Assembly (NCBI RefSeq): GCF_000008305.1
Contig: NC_006055.1
Location: forward strand, 60,001-92,000
DNA from: Mesoplasma florum L1
GTDB lineage: Bacteria; Bacillota_I; Bacilli_A; Mycoplasmatales; Mycoplasmataceae
Length of the DNA stretch: 32,000 nucleotides
Reading direction: 5' to 3'
Below, piece after piece: positions 1 to 8,011 of this stretch. How positions within the stretch are numbered: position 1 is the first letter of the stretch; the number at the start of each line of letters is the position of its first letter. The notes under the pieces were generated by a model, which was not told the DNA's origin, did not search any database, and was given only the letters and a program-made list of their open reading frames with translations. The position numbers and the translations under genes were made by a program.

Positions 1-1052
1 AAGGTAAAAAATATGAATATAATGTTGAATTACCAAATCATGAAGTAGCAATTAAGTTTATTTTAGATAAATTAATTGAATTAAATATTATCAGCAATGT
101 AGATGATATAAATGCTGTAGGATTCAGGGTTGTTCATGGTGGAACAATAAGTAAATCTTCAATTATAGATCAAAAAGTCTTTGACACAATTAAAGATGCA
201 GTTAAATTAGCACCATTGCATAATCCAGGGGCTATAACAGCCATTGAGGCCATTGAAAAAGTTATGCCTAAAGCTAAATTGGTAGCATGCTTTGATACAG
301 CATATCATCAAACTTTAGCTGAAGAACAATATTTATACGCAGTTCCTTATTCTTGATATAAAGAACATGGTGTAAGAAAATACGGTTTTCATGGTATTAG
401 TTACCAATACATAGCAGAAAAAATGTCAGAAGTATTAGCCAAACCTAAAGACCAATTAAATCTTATCGTTTGCCACTTAGGTAACGGTGCAAGTATAACA
501 TGTATTAAAAATGGTAAATCATTTGATACAACAATGGGATTAACTCCTCTCGCTGGTGTAATGATGGGAACAAGAAGTGGTGATATTGATCCATCAATTA
601 TCGAATACATGTGTAAAGAATTACAATTGGACGTTTCAAAAATAACAAATATTTTAAATAAAGAATCAGGTCTGTTAGGATTAAGCGGAAAATCAAGTGA
701 TATGCGCGATGTAACTGGTGGATATTTTAAAGGTGATGAAGATTACAAAAGAGCACTTAACAAATATACACAAGTTTCTGCGGACTATATCATTAGATTT
801 GCAAACTTATTAGGACACAATATTGATGGTATTGTTTTCACAGCTGGTGTTGGTGAAAATTCAATTCATACAAGACAATTTATTTTAGAAAAATTACCTT
901 TATTAGATATTGAAATTGATAATGCTAAAAATGAAGAAAGTTATGGAGACTATAAATATATATCTTCACCAAATTCAAAAATAAAAGTATTAGCGGTTAG
1001 AACTAATGAAGAATTAATGATTTGTAAAGATACAATCAATTTAACTAAATAG
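1..1052 (+). CDS. ackA: acetate kinase, 3' portion (5' end outside window)
   Basis: Frame 3 is open from base 3 to TAG 1050-1052 when TGA is read as Trp (e.g. SWYKEHGVRKYGFHG). Acetokinase-family sequence: LNLIVCHLGNGASITCIKNGKSFDTTMGLTPLAGVMMGTRSGDIDP and DGIVFTAGVGENS. Confidence 0.97.
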
Positions 1053-1056
1053 AATT

Positions 1057-1083
1057 AAAAATAACCATTAAGGTTATTTTTTT
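1057..1083 (+). terminator. Rho-independent terminator after ackA
   Basis: Hairpin AAAAATAACC-attaa-GGTTATTTTT followed by a T-run. Confidence 0.8.
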
Positions 1084-1125
1084 ATCTTTTAAATTATAAT
1101 TAATAATAAATAAATGAGGTGAAAC

Positions 1126-1926
1126 ATGAAAAGAGTATTATTTATAGGTTTAGGTCATATGGGTTCTTCACTTGTTAAGGGAGTTTTAAAAAATTCAAAT
1201 AATAAAATAGAAGTTTTTGGATACGATGTAATAAAAGAAGTTCAAGATAAAGCAATAAAAAATATTCAAGGGCTAAGACCTTTAAAAGATATTTCAGAAA
1301 TAGAACTTAAAAAAATAGATTATATTGTCATAGGGACAAGACCTATTGATGTTGAACCTTTATGTAAAAATATGGATCAATTAAACATTGATGGAAAAAC
1401 TATTATTTGTATGGCGAATGCAGTTACAATAGAAGATGTTCAGAATAATTTTGTAAAAAATAAGAAAGTTTCAGTAATTAGAATGATGCCAAACATGAAT
1501 GCTTCTATACAAAAATCTGTGACAGCTTTAGCAACTAAAAATGCATCAAATGAAACAATGAAATTTGTTTCTGAAATGTTTGAACTTTGTGGAATAGTGG
1601 AAAATATTGATGAAGATAAATTTGGAACACTAACAGCTATTTCTGGTTGCTCACCATCTTATATAATTTCATTTTTTAAAGCTATGACTGATTATGCAAT
1701 TGATAAAGGTTTCGAAAAAGAACAAGCCTTTAGAATAATAGAAGAGGCAATCATAGGAAGTGTTATGAATGCATCAAAATCAGAAGTAGAGTTAAGAACA
1801 ATGGTCGATCAAATTTGTGTTCCAAATGGATCAACTATTGAAGGGCAAAAAATTTTAGATAATAAAAACTTTGAAAAAATAATTCAAGAAGCACTGACAG
1901 CAGCAACTAAAAAAGCAACAAAATAA
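1126..1926 (+). CDS. proC: pyrroline-5-carboxylate reductase
   Basis: MKRVLFIGLGHMGSSLVKG N-terminal Rossmann motif, VIRMMPNMNASIQKSVTAL, and C-terminal MVDQICVPNGSTIEG. GAGGTG Shine-Dalgarno upstream. Confidence 0.9.
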   Translation: MKRVLFIGLGHMGSSLVKGVLKNSNNKIEVFGYDVIKEVQDKAIKNIQGLRPLKDISEIELKKIDYIVIGTRPIDVEPLCKNMDQLNIDGKTIICMANAVTIEDVQNNFVKNKKVSVIRMMPNMNASIQKSVTALATKNASNETMKFVSEMFELCGIVENIDEDKFGTLTAISGCSPSYIISFFKAMTDYAIDKGFEKEQAFRIIEEAIIGSVMNASKSEVELRTMVDQICVPNGSTIEGQKILDNKNFEKIIQEALTAATKKATK

Positions 1927-1928
1927 AA

Positions 1929-1949
1929 AAATCGGGGAAACCCGATTTT
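1929..1949. terminator. Bidirectional terminator between convergent proC and azoreductase
   Basis: AATCGGG-gaaa-CCCGATT stem flanked by A-rich and T-rich tracts. Confidence 0.8.
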
Positions 1950-1952
1950 AAT

Positions 1953-2552
1953 TTAAAATTTCTTAGCAGCAGCAATCAAATCAGAAGTTATTGATGAAAC
2001 AATTTCTTTTGGAGATTGAGTACTTAGTGGTTCAACCTTAACACCAGCTAATAAAATAGGTTCAGCAACTTTTGCCCCCATAAATTCTCATGTACCTTTT
2101 AAATATGCTACATGATCTCCTCATGGGTATCAACCTTTTGGAGCTCCTTGAGTAGCAAGTATTTGAACTTTAAGTTTATCTAATAAACCAATGCTTGCAC
2201 CCTTTGTTGCGTATTTATAAGAAAAAGTTTGGTTAGCTAAAGCAACATGGTCAATATAGTTTTTTAACATTCCAGAAACATGGAAGTTATACATTGGAGC
2301 GATAACTAATAATTTATCAACATCTTTTAATTGATTAATATATTTCATTCCTTCTTCTTCACCTCAATAAGTTGAAAAAGTTTCAGTTGTTAAAACATTT
2401 GTTCCGACAACAAGTTTATTTAAATCTAATTCAATAATCTCGTCATTTGGATTAACTTTTTTGTATTCCTCTAAAAATATTCTTGCCATTTCGTGTGAAT
2501 TTGATTTATCACTTGGAATAACAGAACCATTTATAACTAATAATTTACTCAT
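1953..2552 (-). CDS. FMN-dependent NADH azoreductase family (flavodoxin-like), paralog 1, 199 aa
   Basis: Track ORFs 2130..2348 and 2364..2552 join through TGA=Trp. MSKLLVINGSVIPSDKSNSHEMARIFLEEYKKVNPNDEIIELDL...APMYNFHVSGMLKNYIDHVALANQTFSY, ending AAAKKF. 600 nt, in frame. Confidence 0.88.
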
Positions 2553-2638
2553 AAAAATATTCTCCTTTTTATTATTTTAATTATATCACTAAAAGTTTAT
2601 AATCAATATTAACAAAACAACTGAAAAGGAATATAAAA

Positions 2639-3439
2639 ATGTTAAAAGAAAATAAGATTTTTGATGCACACATACATTTTAATGATGATTATAAATATAC
2701 AAATGAAATGATAGAACCTATGATTAATGAAGCTATTAAAAATGATGTTGAAGGTTTTTTATGCGCAAGCTTTGATATTAATTCAAGTAAAAAAGCTGTT
2801 GAACTTTCTAAAAAATATAAAGGAATTGTTTTTGCAGGTATTGCTATTCATCCAAACGATGTTTCAAAAAATAATTTTTCAGTTATGGAAGAATTAGATG
2901 AATTAGCAAAAGAAGCAGAGGTTATAGCAATTGGTGAAACAGGTCTTGATTATTTTTATACTAAGGAAGACGCAGAGTTGCAAAAAACATTTTTTAAAAA
3001 ACATATTGAGTTAGCAAAAAAACATAATAAAGCATTGCAAATACATATAAGAGATCACGTTAATGTTTTTGAAGCATATGATGATGTTGTTGAAATTTTA
3101 AAAGAATATAATTTAGAAAAAGTTATAGTACATTGCTTTTCGGCTAATTCTATATACGCACAAAAATTTTTGGATTTAGGTTGTTACATAAATATAGGGG
3201 GTGCAGTAACTTTTAAAAATGCAAAAGTGCTTCAAGAAGCCGTTGAAATTATACCTTTAGAAAAAATGCTAGTTGAAACAGACGCACCTTATTTAACACC
3301 ACATCCACATAGAGGACAATTAAACGAAGCAAAATTTATTAATTTAACTGTTGAGAAAATTGCAGAAATAAAAAATGTAACTAAAGAAGAAGTAATAAAA
3401 TTAACAACAAGCAACGCTAAATTAATTTTTAATATTTAA
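2639..3439 (+). CDS. TatD-family metal-dependent hydrolase/DNase, paralog 1
   Basis: FDAHIHF, AGIAIHP, EVIAIGETGLDYFY, LQIHIRDH, VIVHCFSA, LVETDAPYLTPHPHRG. Confidence 0.93.
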   Translation: MLKENKIFDAHIHFNDDYKYTNEMIEPMINEAIKNDVEGFLCASFDINSSKKAVELSKKYKGIVFAGIAIHPNDVSKNNFSVMEELDELAKEAEVIAIGETGLDYFYTKEDAELQKTFFKKHIELAKKHNKALQIHIRDHVNVFEAYDDVVEILKEYNLEKVIVHCFSANSIYAQKFLDLGCYINIGGAVTFKNAKVLQEAVEIIPLEKMLVETDAPYLTPHPHRGQLNEAKFINLTVEKIAEIKNVTKEEVIKLTTSNAKLIFNI

Positions 3440-3481
3440 AAGTTTTATAATTAAAGAGTAAGAGAAAAAGAGGATTACATA

Positions 3482-4273
3482 ATGGCAGGAGTATATGATA
3501 CACATTGTCACTTAAATGACAATATTTATATTGAAAATGAAATCTCAAGCAGCGAAATGGCGGCTGAGGCTAAAAAAAGCGGAGTAGACATAATTAATAA
3601 TGTTGGGTATGATATAAAATCATCAAAAGTTGCTTTAGTTCAAGCACAAAAAAATAAACATGTTTGAGCATTAGTTGGAATACATCCAACACACGCACAA
3701 TTTTTTACAGATGAAGCATATAATACTTTAGAGATTTTAGCTAACGCAGATAAAGTGGTTGGAATTGGTGAGACCGGTTTAGATTATTCAAGAGGCATTG
3801 AATATAAAAACCAACAAATTAGTGGATTTACAAAACAAGTTAAACTTGCTAAGAAAATGGATTTACCATTAATGTTACACGTAAGGGATATTGAAGGATC
3901 AATTGATGCTTATCACGATGTTTTAGCTATATTAAAAAAAGAGAAATATCATAAAGCAGTTTTACATGCTTTTAATGAAAGTTTAGAGATTGCAGAAATG
4001 TTTATTGAAAAAGGTATTCTAATATCAATAAATGGTCAAGTTACAAGAGATAAAAATTTAAAAAAAGTTGTTAAAGAATTACCAATGAATAGTATAGTTG
4101 TTGAATCAGATGCACCTTACGATACACCTAAACCATACAATAAAAAAACTAATGCTCCAAAATATTTACCTTTAGTTGTTGAAGCAATAGCTAATATTAA
4201 AAAAATGAGCAGATCTGATGTAGCAGAAATAACAAGGGATAATGCAGTTAGATTATTTTTCCCAAAAAGATAA
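3482..4273 (+). CDS. TatD-family metal-dependent hydrolase/DNase, paralog 2
   Basis: Track ORFs 3482..3667 and 3755..4273 join through TGA=Trp (KHVWALVGIHPTHAQ). YDTHCHLN, VVGIGETGLDYSRG, MLHVRD, VLHAFNESL, VVESDAPYDTPKPY. Confidence 0.92.
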
Positions 4274-4299
4274 AAAACTTAGCAAACGCTAAGTTTTTT
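4272..4299. terminator. Bidirectional terminator between tatD-2 and the Cys-rich peptide gene
   Basis: AAAAAACTTAGC-aaac-GCTAAGTTTTTT perfect stem. Confidence 0.85.
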
Positions 4300-4300
4300 A

Positions 4301-4411
4301 TTAGTCACAAGCACACTCACTCATTGTGCAATTGCAATCTTTACAAGTACAGCTTTCTTTAGTGCAATCAGCACAGCTGCATGTTTTACAAGTACATTTA
4401 TTATCTGCCAT
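4301..4411 (-). CDS. Metallothionein-like cysteine-rich peptide, 36 aa (not in ORF track)
   Basis: Reverse strand reads MADNKCTCKTCSCADCTKESCTCKDCNCTMSECACD*. 11 of 36 residues are Cys, with five CxC motifs. GGAGG Shine-Dalgarno at 4419-4423 is correctly spaced, and the stop abuts a terminator. Confidence 0.8.
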   Translation of the reverse strand: MADNKCTCKTCSCADCTKESCTCKDCNCTMSECACD

Positions 4412-4423
4412 ATACAAACCTCC

Positions 4424-4438
4424 AAGGAATTATTCCTT
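4424..4438. promoter_or_regulatory. 15-bp palindrome AAGGAAT-t-ATTCCTT just upstream of the peptide gene SD; possible operator or leader element
   Basis: Perfect 7-bp arms with 1-bp centre, located directly 5' of the GGAGG. Confidence 0.45.
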
Positions 4439-4462
4439 AATTTAATAGTATCACTTTAATAT

Positions 4463-4492
4463 AAATATGTATATAAAATATGTATATAAAAT
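4463..4492. repeat. 13-bp perfect tandem direct repeat (ATATGTATATAAA x2, period-13 tract about 30 bp) in a divergent intergenic region
   Basis: atatgtatataaa at 4465-4477 and again at 4478-4490, between two divergent genes. Confidence 0.7.
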
Positions 4493-4525
4493 TATTTTGA
4501 TATATAATAATTAAAAGAGGTTAAA

Positions 4526-4846
4526 ATGAAAAACGAAGAATTTGAAGTTATTAATAAACTAGGTGGAAAACAAGTTAACATTTATTTAAATGATGAGACT
4601 TTAATATTAGAAAAACTTTTTGAACAAAAATATAATCAAAAACCAAATAGATCAAAAATATATAAAGATTTTTTAAAAAAACAATTAGGTGATGATTTGT
4701 TAAGTGAAATAAATGATTTTGATAAAAACATTTGCAGTTGTTGTGAAGGTGATTTTTCATTTACAAAAAAACAAATGTATTTATGTAATAATAAAGAAAA
4801 TAAAACAGCGTGCATAATTTGCGAAGACTGTATAATAAAAAAATAA
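4526..4846 (+). CDS. Hypothetical 106-aa protein: N-terminal ribbon-helix-helix-like region plus C-terminal cysteine cluster; candidate metal-responsive regulator
   Basis: KQVNIYLNDETLILEKLFEQKYNQKPNRSKIYKDFLKKQL (strand-helix-helix pattern), followed by CSCC...C...CIICEDC (7 Cys). AGAGG Shine-Dalgarno upstream. RHH call is by eye. Confidence 0.75.
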   Translation: MKNEEFEVINKLGGKQVNIYLNDETLILEKLFEQKYNQKPNRSKIYKDFLKKQLGDDLLSEINDFDKNICSCCEGDFSFTKKQMYLCNNKENKTACIICEDCIIKK

Positions 4847-4866
4847 AAGCTTTAAGGAGCTTTTAT
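4843..4866. terminator. Bidirectional terminator between convergent genes
   Basis: ATAAAAGCT-ttaagg-AGCTTTTAT stem followed by T-run. Confidence 0.7.
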
Positions 4867-5354
4867 TTTTTATAATCTGATAAATCAATGTGACAATAAC
4901 CATTAGGATTTTTGTCCAAATATTTTTGGTGATATTCCTCAGCATCAAAGAAATTTTTTAATATTTCATTTTCAACAACAACTTTTTGAGTTGTTTGTTT
5001 TTGAAAGTTTTCCAAATATTTTTTTACAAAAGTAAAATCAAATTCATTTATTGAATATATACCAGTTCTATATTGTGTACCCCTATCATTCCCCTGTTGG
5101 TTTAGTAAAAATGGATTTATTATTGAAAAATATAAATCTAATATTTCTTTAAGAGATATTTCTTTTTCATTAAATTCAATTTTTAAAGTTTCTGTATGAT
5201 TTGTTTTTCCAGTACAAACTTCTTCATAAGTAGGGTTATCTATATCGCCTTGTGCATAACCAACAGTTGTTTTAATTATTCCTTTTTGATAATCAAAAAA
5301 AGCTTGAACTCCTCAGAAACAACCCCCAGCTAAATATATAGTTTTATTTTCCAT
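4863..5354 (-). CDS. msrA: Peptide methionine sulfoxide reductase A, 163 aa (not in ORF track)
   Basis: Reverse strand, table 4: [61 protein letters not shown]...NPFLLNQQGNDRGTQYRTGIYS. GCFWG active site and NQQGNDxGTQYR signature. Confidence 0.93.
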
Positions 5355-5649
5355 AATTTTTGACTCCTCAATCACTCATTTGATCTAGTATTGGTTTTAA
5401 GCTTTTACCTAAATCTGTTAAACTGTATTCAACCTTTGGTGGAACAACAGGGTAAACTGTTCTTTCTACAAGTTTATTTTCTTCTAAAAACCTCAAGTTT
5501 GATGTTAATACCTTTTGACTAATGCCTGCTATTCTTTTTTCCAATTCATTAAAGCGACAAGTTCCAAATGAAAGTTCTCGTATGATTAATATAACTCACT
5601 TTGATTTAATAAAATTTAATGTGTATTCTAATGGGCAAAATTTTTCCAT
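5344..5649 (-). CDS. HxlR-family transcriptional regulator, 101 aa (not in ORF track)
   Basis: [101 protein letters not shown]. Classic HxlR winged-helix layout. 11-nt overlap with the msrA start. Confidence 0.9.
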
Positions 5650-5670
5650 AATTTTCCTTACTTTCCTTTT

Positions 5671-5703
5671 TGTAAGTATATAACATTTTTGTTGGTACTT
5701 ACA
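5671..5703. promoter_or_regulatory. Putative operator: 8-bp inverted repeat TGTAAGTA-N17-TACTTACA in the divergent hxlR/azoreductase intergenic region
   Basis: Perfect arms at 5671-5678 and 5696-5703. TATAAT at 5717-5722 is a possible -10 for the rightward gene. Confidence 0.5.
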
Positions 5704-5767
5704 TTATTTATTGTTTTATAATATTATATACTTGTATAGATAAAATACAAAGTAGAGGATAAACAAA

Positions 5768-6367
5768 ATGAAAAAAGTATTAGTAATTAATTCAAGTGTT
5801 TCTCAATTAAACAATTCAGATTCATTAGCAATGTCAAACATGTTTATTGAAGAATATAAAAAAATGAATCCAAATGATGAAATCATTAATCTAGATTTAA
5901 ATGAGACTAAAATGTCACAAAAAACATTAACAAGAAATAATATCGCTGAATATTTCAATCAAGAAGATTCATTTGATTTTATAGAACAATTAAAATCAGT
6001 TGACAAAATAGTTTTAAATTTTTCAATGGTTAACTGAGGTATACCAGCTATATTAAAAAACTATATAGATCATATAACAATTGCAAACCTTACTTTTACA
6101 TATAAGGGCTCAACAGATGGTAATGCAATAGGGTTACTTTCAAATATACAGGATGTTCAAATTTTAGCAACAAAAGGTGGAACTGGAACTCCAAACTCAG
6201 CATTTACAGAATATGTAAAAAACATTTGAGAATTTTTAGGTGCTAAGGTAAAAAGCGAAATCATCATTAACGAAATGATGGATATACCACCTTATGCAGA
6301 ACAATCTCCAATTGAGAATTTAGAAAAAGTAAAAGAACAAATTTTAAAAGCTGCTAAAAACTTTTAA
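5768..6367 (+). CDS. FMN-dependent NADH azoreductase family, paralog 2, 199 aa
   Basis: MKKVLVINSSVSQLNNSDSLAMSNMFIEEYKKMNPNDEIINLDLNE...FSMVNWGIPAILKNYIDHITIANLTFTYKG...WEFLGAKV...AAKNF*. Track shows only the part before the first TGA. Confidence 0.88.
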
Positions 6368-6375
6368 TTTAATAT

Positions 6376-6406
6376 AAAAAAAGGAAACCCAAAGTTTCCT
6401 TTTTTT
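6376..6406. terminator. Bidirectional terminator
   Basis: AAAAAAAGGAAAC-ccaaa-GTTTCCTTTTTT. Confidence 0.85.
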
Positions 6407-7943
6407 AATCTAAGATATCTTCAAAATCTAAAACTTTATCAGCTCATTGAGTTTCAAAGTTAATATCGTGGGTTGTAATTAAAACTGTACCTTCAAATGC
6501 TTTTATAGCATCTAAAAGAGATTCTTTTGCAAGAACATCAATGTGGTTAGTTGGCTCATCAAGAATAAGTAAACTACTTGGTTCTAAACTAAGAGCGGCT
6601 AACCTAACTTTTGTTTGTTCTCCCCCAGAAAGTTCTTTCATTTTATTCATCATTAATTCACTTTTAATACCAAACATACCAATCTTTGCTCTAACTTCAC
6701 CAGGTGTCATTTGAGGATATCTTGTTAGTAAATAACTAACAGGTGTTTCGTGTTCTTCGAAGTCATCAATCTGGTGGAAAAAGTTTGTAAAAACACCTTG
6801 TCCAATTTCAACTTCACCATCAATTTTCTCAATTTCTCCAGCAATAGTTTTTAAGAAGGTTGTTTTACCAATACCGTTATATCCTTTAACGATACATTTT
6901 TCACCTTCTCTAAGTTCAAAAGTTAATGGTTTTGTTAAAGCAAAATCATAACCAATTTCAAGTTTATCTGCTTTAACTATAACAGTTGAACTTGGTCTTC
7001 TATATTTAAAATGCATGTTAGGTTTTGCATTTTCTTTTCTAGCGTCCATTACGTCAATTTTTTCTAATTGTTTTTGTCTTGATTGAGCACTGCGAGCAGT
7101 TGAAGCTCTAGCACCATTTTTAGCAATGTATTCTTTAAGTTTTGATATCTGACCTTGTTGAGCTTCACGAGCTCTATCATATTGTTCAGCACGTAACGCT
7201 GAAAGTTCAACGTATTTGTCATAGTTACCAACATATCTAACAATTTCAAGATTTTCAATTGCATATATTATATTAACGATTCTATTTATAAAATCTCTAT
7301 CATGAGAAACAACTAAAAAAGCATTTTCATAATTTTGTAAGAAATTAACTAATCACTCAACTTGTTCAACGTCTAAAAAGTTTGTAGGTTCATCAAGTAA
7401 AATAAAGTCATCGTTTTTTAAAAGTAGTTTAGCTAATAATATTTTTCCTCTTTGACCACCAGAAAGTGATCCTAAGGGTCTTTTAATATTATCTGGTTCA
7501 ATACCAAGACCAGCAACCAAGTTTCCTATTTGCTTCTCAATACTGTCAAACCCTTTAATATTTAATTCATCTTGTAAAGCAAGAGCTTTAACAAGTTCTT
7601 CTTCTTTGTATTCGGTAGCCATGTCTTCATAAATTTTATGAATTTGCGCTTCCATGTCAAAAAGATATTTAAATGCATCTTTTAAATATTCTTCTCCAGT
7701 AATATTCATGTCAACTTCTTGGTGTTGATCAAGATATCCAATTTTTGCTTTTGGATGTCATTCTACCAAACCGTGATCTGGAACAATTTTTTGAGAAATA
7801 ATATTTAGTAAAGTTGTTTTACCAGCCCCGTTTGGACCTAAAAGAGCAACGTGCTCACCTTTGTTGATTCGCATGCTTGATTCTTCATATAATTTTTTTC
7901 CACCATTTTGATGTGATATGTTTTCTAATAATATTAAACTCAT
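6405..7943 (-). CDS. ABC-F family ATP-binding protein (YbiT-like), 512 aa
   Basis: Four track pieces join through TGA=Trp. Two ATPase modules: GPNGAGKTTLL...LSGGQRGKILLAKLLL..LLDEPTNFLD and GYNGIGKTTFL...LSGGEQTKVRLAALSL..LILDEPTNHID. No TM domain. AGGAG upstream of the 7943 start. Confidence 0.93.
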
Positions 7944-8011
7944 ATGTTCTCCTAAAATAAATCTTTTTAATTTTATCAAAATAAAAATAATAATAAAGTC
8001 ATCAATCTTTA

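Noticed and set aside
401-610. 69-aa minus-strand ORF inside ackA; similar short antisense ORFs at 9524-9739(+), 13197-13430(-), 16084-16278(-), 17255-17437(-), 17627-17938(-), 18695-18892(-), 19425-19673(-), 21361-21609(-), 24819-25049(-), 25108-25311(-), 30068-30256(-), 30892-31080(-)
   Set aside because: All lie opposite strongly supported genes and have no domain-like sequence or independent expression signals.
4412-4525. Tried to interpret the tandem repeat as a CRISPR-like or phase-variable microsatellite
   Set aside because: Only two 13-bp units with no spacers, and not within a homopolymer or short-unit tract, so a regulatory role is more plausible than either.
4575-4760. 61-aa ORF on minus strand (MKNHLHNNCKCFYQ...)
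   Set aside because: Antisense to the 106-aa + strand gene, which has a better SD and coherent domain layout. No recognisable motif or SD.
7064-7264. 66-aa minus-strand ORF (MQLKILKLLDMLVTMTNTLNF...)
   Set aside because: Out-of-frame reading within the ABC-F gene. The true frame is open here through TGA=Trp.
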